DNA from: a virus
Reading direction: 5' to 3' (one strand)
IMG/VR virus record: IMGVR_UViG_3300030116_007754
Location: 5,052-69,051 of that record
Length of the DNA: 64,000 bases
Part shown: one piece after another, positions 20,790 through 30,600 of the stretch
Numbering within the stretch: the stretch's first letter is position 1
Layout of the letters: the number at the start of each line of letters is the position of its first letter
The notes under the pieces: model-generated
Seen by the model: only the letters and a program-made list of their open reading frames with translations
What the model was told of the DNA's origin: nothing
Databases searched by the model: none
Made by a program: the position numbers and the translations under genes

Positions 20790-21770
20790 CTATGAAACAT
20801 TTAATGAAGCAACGGCATGGATTGCGTTACTAGCCCTCACTATGTAATCAATTCTGTCTTCTGCAGATGCTGTTGTTGATAGAGTTGGAGCAGTACCTCC
20901 TGGAAACTCCCATGCTCCTGCATAACTTAATGTACGTGATCCTGTACCATCCTGAACTACAAAGATACTTCCTGTTTGACCTGCAACTAAATTAGTTGGT
21001 AAATTTAAATGACTATTGTTAGCTAATGTAACTGCAAAATGGTTGTTGAGTGAAAAGTCAAGACTAATGTTAGCTGCTAAAATAGTTGATGAAGTAATAG
21101 ATCCTCTTTGTGCTTTAGTAAAAGTTTGATTTTCTCCTGTAAATACAACACCTTCTCCTTGAACACTTGTCTTGTTTAACTCAGCCGCTCCAACTGCATT
21201 AGTTTGTATATGAACATTACTTACTGAATCAGCGGCAAGGTTAACAGCTGTTATAGCACCAGAACCTATTTTTGTATTTGCACTAACAGCACCAGTAGCT
21301 AATTCTGTTGGACCTACTGCACCTGTAGCTATAAGATCAGCAGTAATAGATCCTGTAGATACTATTACATTAGCACTAATAGCACCATTGGCTATAGCAT
21401 GTCTTGTAATAACACCAGTTCCAAATAAAGTGTTTGAATTGATAGCACCAGTTTTAAGATGTCTACCTTCTATACTTGCTGTAGATGGAACTAATCCGTT
21501 AAATGTTTCTCCTAGTAGTATAGCAAAAAACGAAGCACCATTAGGAGGTGCTGAAGTAAAAACTATTTGATTTTGTCTTACTTCATAATCTTTTTCTGGT
21601 TCTTGTAATACACCACCAACACTTACTAATACTTGGGCAGCAGAAGCTATATTTGGTTGATCTGAACCAATACTAAATGTAAAAGTATTAGCAGAGCCAT
21701 TAAAACCTGAACTTATATCATCTAATTTAGCAAATCTTCCGGCTGCTGGTATTCTACCTAAATATCCCAT
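20790..21770 (-). CDS. Tail-fibre-like protein, cassette 2 gene A
   Basis: N-terminal LDDISSGFNG..VSVGGVLQEP..FTSAP virion module, GAIT repeats and the shared C-terminal domain. Confidence 0.7.
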   Translation of the reverse strand: MGYLGRIPAAGRFAKLDDISSGFNGSANTFTFSIGSDQPNIASAAQVLVSVGGVLQEPEKDYEVRQNQIVFTSAPPNGASFFAILLGETFNGLVPSTASIEGRHLKTGAINSNTLFGTGVITRHAIANGAISANVIVSTGSITADLIATGAVGPTELATGAVSANTKIGSGAITAVNLAADSVSNVHIQTNAVGAAELNKTSVQGEGVVFTGENQTFTKAQRGSITSSTILAANISLDFSLNNHFAVTLANNSHLNLPTNLVAGQTGSIFVVQDGTGSRTLSYAGAWEFPGGTAPTLSTTASAEDRIDYIVRASNAIHAVASLNVS

Positions 21771-21786
21771 TTTTTATCCTTAATCC

Positions 21787-21817
21787 TATTTATACAATAT
21801 CCTTAAAGTTTTGTCAA
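21787..21817 (-). promoter_or_regulatory. Composite promoter TTGACA-N17-TATAAA(TA)
   Basis: -35 TTGACA at 21812-21817; the -10 position coincides with late TATAAATA at 21787-21794. Confidence 0.65.
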
Positions 21818-21819
21818 CT

Positions 21820-24216
21820 CTAGATACTAGTTGCTAATGAAGTTCCATCATGTATTGGATGTTCTGCAAACGCCATATAAATATGAGTTCCATTGTTAAT
21901 ATCTGTTGAAGTCATTCTTAATTTAAATCCACTAGCTAAAAAATCACACTGTACAGTTGATTCAACAGCATTTGATTCCCATCTAACATAATTTTTATTA
22001 GTAGTATTGTTAACATTTCTTTCTCTATCCATCACTAACCATTTACCAGTGCTACTTATTCTCTTAATCATCAGAAATTTTGGTTTGAACCCAGTAAAAA
22101 TGTAAGGACCATCAGCATTTGCATTTCCCGTATAGGATCCAATATGTGAATAGCCAGGAACACTATGCCAGCAATATGCAATAGCATCTCTATTATTAAT
22201 AGTTGTTAAATTTTTTGCAAATGTAGTGGAAGTAATACTTCCCCATAAATTAGAACTATAGTTTGTTTGTGCATTAGTTAAATTTAATGTTAAATAATAA
22301 TTTACTGATGTTAAATCTTTGTGCCAAACAAACCAATTGTTATTGTTAGGTGAAATTTCCTTATAGATAATAAATTCTGGAGTCTGAGATAATCCATGTG
22401 CTAATGATCCGTCAAAATATTTACCTGTTACAATACTAAAACCAGCTGTTTGATTAGCTTGTATTGAAGAGGCTTGTGTCGCTCCAGAACCATCAGTGTT
22501 AGCAGAAGTAGTTCCTCCATTAGCTACCCAGTTCCAAGATATATACGATTCATTTACTGAATTAATTGAAGCATCATCTTCAATTGAAACACCACCTTTC
22601 AAAAACTTTTGTACACCATCAGGAATATCTTGTGAAATACTCATTTGACTAGATTGTAAATTTTTCCTTACTCCTCTTGAACTATCATACAACTGAGGAT
22701 GATCAGTTGCATCTCTATTTTTAACCCAGAATAAATCTGGTATACCTTTTCCGGTCTCAGGCAAGTTGTCTTGTTGCATTGCATTATATCCTGTTGGAGG
22801 AGTATATGCAAATGTTTTTTGACCAAAGTTATAAGTCAATGTTGTTCCATTATGTGTATATTGTAATGGTACAAGTGGTCCTGGCATTCCAAATCTAAGT
22901 GCTTTAGAAACATCTGAATTAGCTATTTCTGATGCAGTAGCTGAGTTCATCCAAGTTCCATTTTTTGAAAACCATACTGCTCCTTTATCAGCATCTATAG
23001 CAAAACCTATAACATCATTTGTTGTAAATGAACTTCCATAAGTACCAGGAGAATAAGTACCAACATCACCTACAGTTGTATATCCTTGACCAGTATCACT
23101 TCTTATATAAGCTCCTTCTATTTTTTGAAGTGGGTTGTCTTGAGTGTAATGGTCTCTATAATCTGATTCTTTTCCAACACCTATAAGAAATAGTGTTGGA
23201 CCAGCTGTTGTTATAGTTATTTCACAATAATATTTTCCTGAAGATAATGGCATATTTGAAGCTATAGAATTACCTTGAGATCCTCCTGTTTGGGCTGCTT
23301 TTAGATTACCTTCAGAAGTTTGTATATATGTGTTTTTGATAACATTGTGTAAAGTTGCATGGTTTTGAGTAGGGCTATCTGTAGTAACATCGTTACCATC
23401 TAAATTTGTAACTGTAAAATCATTTCCATTACCACTTGTATCATCACCAATAGTTAAACCAGCAGTATTTGCAAATGTTAATCTGTATCCTTGTGAACCA
23501 TATGTAATCCCAGATAAAGTTTTAGGAACCCATCTTCCAGTCGAAGTGTCTGTTTGACCAAAAGTGTCAGGTGTTAATGCAGCTCCATCAACCATATTTA
23601 CTTCTGCCAAATAACCAAGACCTCTTACAATACTTGCTTGATTCGTATTTCCTAAAGTATTTTCAAAGGTTGTCTGGTTCCAATAACCAGTTTTATTAGA
23701 ACCGGCTTGGGTTGGTGTTGAATTCCAAGTTGTTACTCTTTCTCCGTCAACATAAATTTTAATTCTATCAGCTTGAGTTGAATCAGTTGTATCTCTTACT
23801 ACCATAATATGGTACCACTTACTAGTATCTTCAAATGTTCTACTTGTTTGATAACTCCAATCATACGAACCTGGAGAAGATTTGATACAGTAATAATATA
23901 ACTGATCACCAGTAGTAAATTCAAGTGCCTCTCCAACTGAAGAATAGTTATTACATATTAGGATTTGTCTTATTGTGCCTCCAGTAACACCTCTTTTAAC
24001 CCAACATGAGAAACTTAATGTTGTATCATTTCCATTTGATCCTGGTGTTCTACCTAACCTAGCTTGAGCAGTGTTATGATTAATAATAACACTCTTATCT
24101 ATAGTACCACTATCTGTGAATGGAACAAAGTTTCCAACTCTTTGTCCAGTACCAGTACCTTCGTACTTGTTTACAAAAAAATGTTCTTCTGGTTTTACTA
24201 TAGTCGGTGTACCCAT
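21820..24216 (-). CDS. LamG + SPRY virion fibre protein, cassette 1 gene C
   Basis: Paralog of 2916-5399 and 16898-19252. Confidence 0.75.
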   Translation of the reverse strand: MGTPTIVKPEEHFFVNKYEGTGTGQRVGNFVPFTDSGTIDKSVIINHNTAQARLGRTPGSNGNDTTLSFSCWVKRGVTGGTIRQILICNNYSSVGEALEFTTGDQLYYYCIKSSPGSYDWSYQTSRTFEDTSKWYHIMVVRDTTDSTQADRIKIYVDGERVTTWNSTPTQAGSNKTGYWNQTTFENTLGNTNQASIVRGLGYLAEVNMVDGAALTPDTFGQTDTSTGRWVPKTLSGITYGSQGYRLTFANTAGLTIGDDTSGNGNDFTVTNLDGNDVTTDSPTQNHATLHNVIKNTYIQTSEGNLKAAQTGGSQGNSIASNMPLSSGKYYCEITITTAGPTLFLIGVGKESDYRDHYTQDNPLQKIEGAYIRSDTGQGYTTVGDVGTYSPGTYGSSFTTNDVIGFAIDADKGAVWFSKNGTWMNSATASEIANSDVSKALRFGMPGPLVPLQYTHNGTTLTYNFGQKTFAYTPPTGYNAMQQDNLPETGKGIPDLFWVKNRDATDHPQLYDSSRGVRKNLQSSQMSISQDIPDGVQKFLKGGVSIEDDASINSVNESYISWNWVANGGTTSANTDGSGATQASSIQANQTAGFSIVTGKYFDGSLAHGLSQTPEFIIYKEISPNNNNWFVWHKDLTSVNYYLTLNLTNAQTNYSSNLWGSITSTTFAKNLTTINNRDAIAYCWHSVPGYSHIGSYTGNANADGPYIFTGFKPKFLMIKRISSTGKWLVMDRERNVNNTTNKNYVRWESNAVESTVQCDFLASGFKLRMTSTDINNGTHIYMAFAEHPIHDGTSLATSI

Positions 24217-24225
24217 ATTTTTTTC

Positions 24226-25704
24226 CTAAAAAAGATTTTTTGTCCTTAATGCTTTGAATCCTGAAGGGACTGAATACTTAAAGTTACCATTACCATCTCC
24301 ATCAGTATTGTTTCCAGCTGTAACATTACCTGCGAAAGTTCCTTCTTGTCCAAAATTTATTATTGTTGTTGCATGTGTATAGTTTCCAATAAATGGTACA
24401 AAAAAACCAGTTGAAGGCGATCTAGAGCTAAAATCAAATCCTTGATTTCCAGCTTCAACCTCTGATTGATCGATTGTAGCACCACTTGCTTGGTTAGCTC
24501 TATACCACTGTCCATTTTTTGACCACCAGATTAATTGATTATCAATATCAACAGCAACTCCAACTATATCTCCATTATTAGAAATAAAAGCATCATTTCC
24601 AGAGTTGCTATCATCTAAATGTATTGTAGCAGCCGTATCTCCAACTACTAAAGCAACTGCTTTTTCTGCATATCCAGTTGCTGAAACACCACCATCTTGT
24701 ACACCAAGATAAGCATAGTCTTCATCTTCAATATATACTTCCCAATACCATTTACCAGAACTCATTCCTATAGTTCCTGTTACATTATCATATGTTGCAA
24801 CTCCAGCATATCTTAAATCTCCATTTGATAATATTCCACTGCCTCGTTCATCTAATGGATTTAGTGTGCAAAAATTATCTGTTGGAGTGTCTGTAACTTG
24901 ATCATGAGCCGCAAGTCCACTAGATGCAAACGCACCAAAAGTATTTGCTGTTGCTTCATTTTTACCAAGATTACTAGAATCAGAGCCAGTAATATAAAAA
25001 CCATTGGTTCCATATGACCCAGAATATCGTTTAGGAATCCAGATTCCATTAGAGTTAAATTCTCCATAGTATTCAGGTCCGTAATCATATCCATCTATAT
25101 GGTTTATTTCAGTCATGTATCCATCAAATCTTGTATTTGTATTTCCACCTCTACTACCTATATAATGTGTTACACTTGTTGAATTATTCCAAACTGGTTC
25201 AACACCAGAGCTTGGATAAGTAGCTGAACCAAAATCTGTTACTCTTAATCCATTAATAAATAATCTAAATCTATTTGATGCTATATCATTATCAGTATCT
25301 GATACTACAACAAAGTGATACCACGCTGTTGGATCTCTAAATAGTTGACTTGTTCTAAGATCCCAACATGCAGCTCCTCCTGTAGTTGTACTATATGTCC
25401 TGAATGTATGAACAACACCACTTGCTCTTGCTGCTGATTGAATAGAAAAATCAGTTTGATATCCACTACTGTGATATGCTATAAAAAACATTTGGCTTTC
25501 TGAAGTAGCATTGATTGTTCTAAAACTTAGCTTTGTCCACCAACTTAAACTAAATTTTTTTGGAGAACCTTTACTAGCAAACGTTTTACTTAGATATGGA
25601 TTATCTAATGCATTAAATCTTATTGATTGAGGTATAGAATATGTTGTATCCCCTGTTTGTCCAGATGCTCCAGCTATAGGTAAAAAGTCTTTTGAAACAG
25701 ACAT
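24226..25704 (-). CDS. LamG + SPRY virion fibre protein, cassette 1 gene B
   Basis: SIRFN, DPTAWYHFV, SGKWYWE, NFGQE, PSGFKAL. Confidence 0.75.
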   Translation of the reverse strand: MSVSKDFLPIAGASGQTGDTTYSIPQSIRFNALDNPYLSKTFASKGSPKKFSLSWWTKLSFRTINATSESQMFFIAYHSSGYQTDFSIQSAARASGVVHTFRTYSTTTGGAACWDLRTSQLFRDPTAWYHFVVVSDTDNDIASNRFRLFINGLRVTDFGSATYPSSGVEPVWNNSTSVTHYIGSRGGNTNTRFDGYMTEINHIDGYDYGPEYYGEFNSNGIWIPKRYSGSYGTNGFYITGSDSSNLGKNEATANTFGAFASSGLAAHDQVTDTPTDNFCTLNPLDERGSGILSNGDLRYAGVATYDNVTGTIGMSSGKWYWEVYIEDEDYAYLGVQDGGVSATGYAEKAVALVVGDTAATIHLDDSNSGNDAFISNNGDIVGVAVDIDNQLIWWSKNGQWYRANQASGATIDQSEVEAGNQGFDFSSRSPSTGFFVPFIGNYTHATTIINFGQEGTFAGNVTAGNNTDGDGNGNFKYSVPSGFKALRTKNLF

Positions 25705-25710
25705 AAGTAC

Positions 25711-26754
25711 CTACCCGTAGTTTAGTGTAGCCACCGCATGAATTGCATTTGCTGCCACCACAACGTAATCAATTCTATCTTCAGCGCTTGCAGTTGTTGT
25801 TAATGTTGGAGCTGTACCTGATGGAAATTCCCAAGCACCAGCGTAACTAAGTGTTCTTGATCCTGTACCATCTTGTTTAACAATAATGGTTCCTGCTTGA
25901 CCAGCAGTCACGTTACTAGGTAGATTCAAATGAGTATTAATATTTAATGTTAGATTAAATATGTTAGCATTAGCAAAGTTAAGAGTTACATTTGCTGCAG
26001 CAACAGTTACAGATTCAACTCTTGCTCTTTGTGCCTTTTGAAATGTATGATTATTATGTGTAAACACACCATTTGATGAAGCTATATCACCAACAACTGC
26101 GTTAGCATTTAACTGTAATGCTCCAACTGCATTTCCTTCAATTTCAGTCGTACCTACTGCTCCTGTAGCTATTGCATGTGCAGTTACAACACCAGCATTC
26201 AATTGTGTATTTGCAGTTACTCCTGAAAAAGCAGTTATAGCTGATCCGTCATCCTTGATAGATCCAATTACATTTATACCTGAACTATTTGCATCTAATA
26301 CTACTGTACCACCAACTTTAAGTTGAACATTGGTTGCATTAGCAGAAAACATATCTTTACCATTTTGAGTTAAGGCAACTGTATTAGAAGCAGGAAAATA
26401 TAATCCTGTGTTGATTTGTCTATCTCTAAAAAGAGAAGGTGCACCTGATACACCATCTTTTAAACTTATATTTTGTCTTGGTGGTACTTCAGTTGTATTG
26501 ATTGCTCCACCAATATAAACAACATAAATGTTTCCAGTACCTGTTGGAGGTGTACCAGTAAAAGTTAATGTGTTTCCAGAAACTGTATAGGCACTGTGAG
26601 GATCTTGTCTAACATTCTCAACAAAAACTTCTATATGTTCTGGTTGACTAACTTTATGTCGTAATGTAAATTGAGTGTTAGAGTTATTTCCATTGAAACT
26701 CTGTTTATCAATTTTACTGAAACCAGTTCCTTCTAAGTTACCTAGATATGCCAT
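25711..26754 (-). CDS. Tail-fibre-like protein, cassette 1 gene A
   Basis: MAYLGN..FNGNNSNTQFTL..VFVENVRQDP..AYTVSG..PPTGTGNIYV virion module plus the shared C-terminal domain. Confidence 0.7.
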   Translation of the reverse strand: MAYLGNLEGTGFSKIDKQSFNGNNSNTQFTLRHKVSQPEHIEVFVENVRQDPHSAYTVSGNTLTFTGTPPTGTGNIYVVYIGGAINTTEVPPRQNISLKDGVSGAPSLFRDRQINTGLYFPASNTVALTQNGKDMFSANATNVQLKVGGTVVLDANSSGINVIGSIKDDGSAITAFSGVTANTQLNAGVVTAHAIATGAVGTTEIEGNAVGALQLNANAVVGDIASSNGVFTHNNHTFQKAQRARVESVTVAAANVTLNFANANIFNLTLNINTHLNLPSNVTAGQAGTIIVKQDGTGSRTLSYAGAWEFPSGTAPTLTTTASAEDRIDYVVVAANAIHAVATLNYG

Positions 26755-26755
26755 T

Positions 26756-27100
26756 CTATGACACCTCTAAAACTGACATTACTGCATCAACAGAACTTGC
26801 TGTATTAGAACTAACAAAAATGCTATGTAAGTTAGCTAACACAACTTTTTGATCACCACCTACAATCACTAATGATGATCCAGCTGGGATTGGAGCGTTC
26901 TTAATTAAGTGAGTATTTGCTCCTCCTGTACCAGCAGCATCATTATGAAATGCAGATACAGTGATGGCTGTATTAGTAACATTAGCTAATGTTAATCCAA
27001 TAACAGTAGTTGCGACTCCAGCTCCTGGTGCATAAGAACCAATCTTGGTAGCTGTAAGTCCAATTGCTCTTGATGTTTTTACTGTAAATGTACTTGCCAT
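26756..27100 (-). CDS. Small conserved virion structural protein
   Basis: TTVIGLTLAN..LIKNAPIPAGSSL..GGDQKVVL..SVDAVMSVLE motif common beside marine phage fibre genes. Confidence 0.6.
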   Translation of the reverse strand: MASTFTVKTSRAIGLTATKIGSYAPGAGVATTVIGLTLANVTNTAITVSAFHNDAAGTGGANTHLIKNAPIPAGSSLVIVGGDQKVVLANLHSIFVSSNTASSVDAVMSVLEVS

Positions 27101-27106
27101 ATCTCC

Positions 27107-27463
27107 TTATCCTAACGCTATTGAAAATGCTAATATATTATCATTCGTTTCATTTATTGCAGCAGCAACAGTATTCGCTGTTGTTCCTGTAAGTCCATTT
27201 AACTCTATTGTTCCACTATGAAAAGTATTAGCTGTGATTAATAGTTTACCTCCAGTAATATTTGTATTAGTAGAACTCAATGTGGTCAAACCTGTACTAA
27301 TTAAATTACCTGATGCTGTAAAAGAAACATTACTAACTATAACATTTGCTGATAACTGACTAGTGTTGTTAGCAAAATTATTAAGCCTTTTTATAACATC
27401 ATTAAGTCTTCTTCTTTGACCATTAAATGTATCTGTTAATTCTACATTAGCAATAGCAGGCAT
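27107..27463 (-). CDS. Putative fibre/structural protein
   Basis: ANVELTDTFNGQRRRLN N-terminus and AFSIALG C-terminus typical of T4-like fibre proteins. Confidence 0.55.
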   Translation of the reverse strand: MPAIANVELTDTFNGQRRRLNDVIKRLNNFANNTSQLSANVIVSNVSFTASGNLISTGLTTLSSTNTNITGGKLLITANTFHSGTIELNGLTGTTANTVAAAINETNDNILAFSIALG

Positions 27464-27669
27464 TACTTATCCTTTAAAATTCTAGTTAATAATGATTTAA
27501 TCTCTTGCATATCTTCCTTTAACTTATTTATCTCTTCAACGTGAGTAGTCATTTGTCTTCTATTTTTATATGCTGTTAAACCAGCATTATCAATGTTTAA
27601 GATAGCACCTGTCTCTGGATCTCTTGCAAAAGACTCATCTTCTTTAACTTTACTTAATTTAGTTTTCAT
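27463..27669 (-). CDS. Conserved small T4-like hypothetical protein
   Basis: Likely start MKTKL at 27669; RDPETGAILNID..EINKLKEDMQEIKSLL motif usually found after VrlC-like genes. Confidence 0.6.
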   Translation of the reverse strand: MKTKLSKVKEDESFARDPETGAILNIDNAGLTAYKNRRQMTTHVEEINKLKEDMQEIKSLLTRILKDK

Positions 27670-27670
27670 A

Positions 27671-30600
27671 TTACCTCTGTAATGCAAGTACTCTTAGATC
27701 TCTAACCCTAGGTGGATTACTTGGATCAGTTGTTAGTAATACTATTTTTATTTTAAACTTCTTAAACCCTGTAAATGTTACTCCGTTTGAGTTAGTGTAT
27801 TGAATTGAACTATTGATACCTGTCATAACATCATTAGTTGGTGTATATTGATATTCTTTAAAATCGTTTTGATTTTCAGAACTACTATAAACTGTTGATA
27901 CAGTATTCTGTGACATTTGAACATAACTTACATCTAGTGCTAAAGAATCTTCATCATCTGCATGTAGTATTTTATAATATACATTTATATTAGCTGTTTC
28001 AGGTTTGTAAGCATCAAATATAACTCTAATATCTTCTGCATCTTGTCCTTCGTTTAGTTCTACAGTTTTAGTAATATATCTTGCATCTGCTCCTCCACCT
28101 TGAACTAATGTTTCTCCAGTAGAATCATTATTAATAATATTTTCCATTGCACAGAAGTTTCCTAATTGTAAATCTATAGCTGGGCTCATTCTTTTGTCTG
28201 AGCTGTTAGACATAGCATATCTAATCTCAACTGATTTTTGACCACTTAGATTAGAAACTTCTCTTGATCTACTAAACACAAACTTTCTATCTCCTAATCT
28301 TGTTAGTTCGTTAACCTCATAATCAGAAAATTCTGAATCTAATGTTGTTTCTGTAGTACCCATTTTACCAGTAGCTGAAATAGAACATCCTGGTAGATCC
28401 ATTTGAGTACTTTGTAAGAATTGAATATCACTTGGTACTACTTGAATCTCATCTATATGTCCTTTAATATTTCCATTTGTTGAGATAAAGAATGTATTGG
28501 CTCTAAAGTCACCAGTACTATTGTTTAACACTAAAATTCTACTGTTAGCACTTGTAAACTCATCTAAGTTGTAAACAGTACCAATAGGAGTTGTAAATGA
28601 ACTTGTATTAACTGTACTTGTATTGCCTATAATAGTTCCAGTTAATGAGTCTCCACTTCTGAATCTTAAAAATTTACCAGAACCCATTCTTGCAAAAGGT
28701 GGTCTTGGTGGAACTACGTCTATACTATCTAACTGAATTGAAATAGTTTTAGAAGAAGTGTTTACTGATCTTACTTTACCAGTTTCTCTAATAGTTAGCG
28801 AGTTTGTAACATCAGCTAAGTTAGTTAATGGATTGTATCTAAAATTACCAATACTTCTGTTAGAATCAACTTCAACATTAGCAAAGAAATTCCTAGCTGG
28901 ATCAACAAGTAGTTTTGTATTAGCAAGAGTTCCATATGTTACAACTGTTTCTCCATAACATGCATCCTGTAAGTTAATAAACCTTGAAGTTGTATTAGAA
29001 ACCTTAAAGTATTCAACATCTTTATTTTTAAGTACAGCAGTACCACTCTGATTAGTTCCAAAATCAGCAACATACAGATTCATTTTTAAATCTTCTTCTT
29101 GTTGTTGTCTCCAAGTTAGTTCGTTTGCTGAAACAAAAAGTATTCCATTATGTGGTTGTGTTGTAATTCTTGATTCTGTTTTTCTATCAAGTTCACCAAG
29201 CCTAGCAGTCCAAACTTTACAATCTAAGTTTCTAGGTTCAGGTCTAACTACTAAACAATAAGAATAATTAGTTTTTAAGAATATAGGTGTATCAAAAAAT
29301 ACTGGAGTTGGTATAGATCCATCACTACTAGTATTGATTTCATATGGATCTAATGTAACTGTACTATGAGGTACAACATCTTGTGTAGGTTGATTAGTAG
29401 AAGGATCCATTACTCTTATTTCAACATCAACTGTATGAGTAGGTGATTTTGTTTCAAAATAAATTTCAGCTTTTGTTAAGAAAACACCTGGAGAACTTAT
29501 TTCTTCTGTAATTAAGTCGTTTCCTATAACATCCTTTTCAATAAAGAAAGACTGTGCTAATGGATCAACCCAAGTTCTTCTTCTAGTCTCAACTCTTCTA
29601 TTTGATTGTTGACTAACTCCTATAGATCTAGTACTTAATGTAGTAGCAGATTTAGTAACTGTTAAACCAGATGCTTGCAATGTTGCTTCTGCAGATGAGT
29701 TAACTATTCCAAGTTCGTTTGAATTTGTTGAAGAATCAGTAATCCTTAATGGTATTCTACTACCAGTTCTAAATCTAAGTTCATCAGTAGCTGGTAAATG
29801 GAATGAGAAGTTCATATCTCCATTTGCAGAAGTTACCATTGAATGTGGACTTCCTCTTGATGTTACATTTGCAAAACAAAATCCTCCATTAGCATGTAAT
29901 GTATCAGGATCAATTTTTGAAATATATTCAGATACATCTGTACCATCAAAGAATGCAAAATGTTTAGTTCTTGGTTTTAATCCGTGTACAGCTACATCAA
30001 TTCTAGCAGCTTTTATAAATGGTTGTATACTAACATCCTGAACCATATCAAAAGTACTTTCTTGTGTTTCACCAAAATCAAAATCTGTAACAGTAGTATC
30101 AATCTGTCTTGTTACAGTATCAGTGATAGCTCTACCTCTTCTTTCTCTTGTTGAGCTTAAAATTGTTACATCAGTAACATTAGAATATCCATTTCTTGTA
30201 TTTGGATGTAATCTTCTAAGTTCAGCGTCTATATGTCTTATAGCTTCAATAGCTCCATTATCTAAATCTATTCTAACTTCAGGACCTAAATTTTGATCTG
30301 CCCAAATCAATCTATCTGGGTTAAGTGTCATAGTTCCAACATAGTTATGAGATAAACCTTGAGCATTTCTTCCTTGAGATGCATAAGGTTGACTAATTAT
30401 TAATTCATCACTATAAGGTAATGTTAATAAATGTCCAATTGGTCTTAATCCTAAACCAGGAAAGTTTCCACCTTGTTGGTTATGAGGTACTCCATGTGTT
30501 TCAGCTTGTTGTCTTGAATATAAATATGATCCTCTGTATCTGTTAAAAAATAGACGTTGCCAAAAACTAAGACTACCATATCTCACAACTGTGCTTCTAG

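Noticed and set aside
1-26754. Diversity-generating retroelement acting on the fibre cassettes
   Set aside because: No reverse transcriptase in the window and no TR/VR pair differing only at adenines was seen; the repeats are coding paralogs
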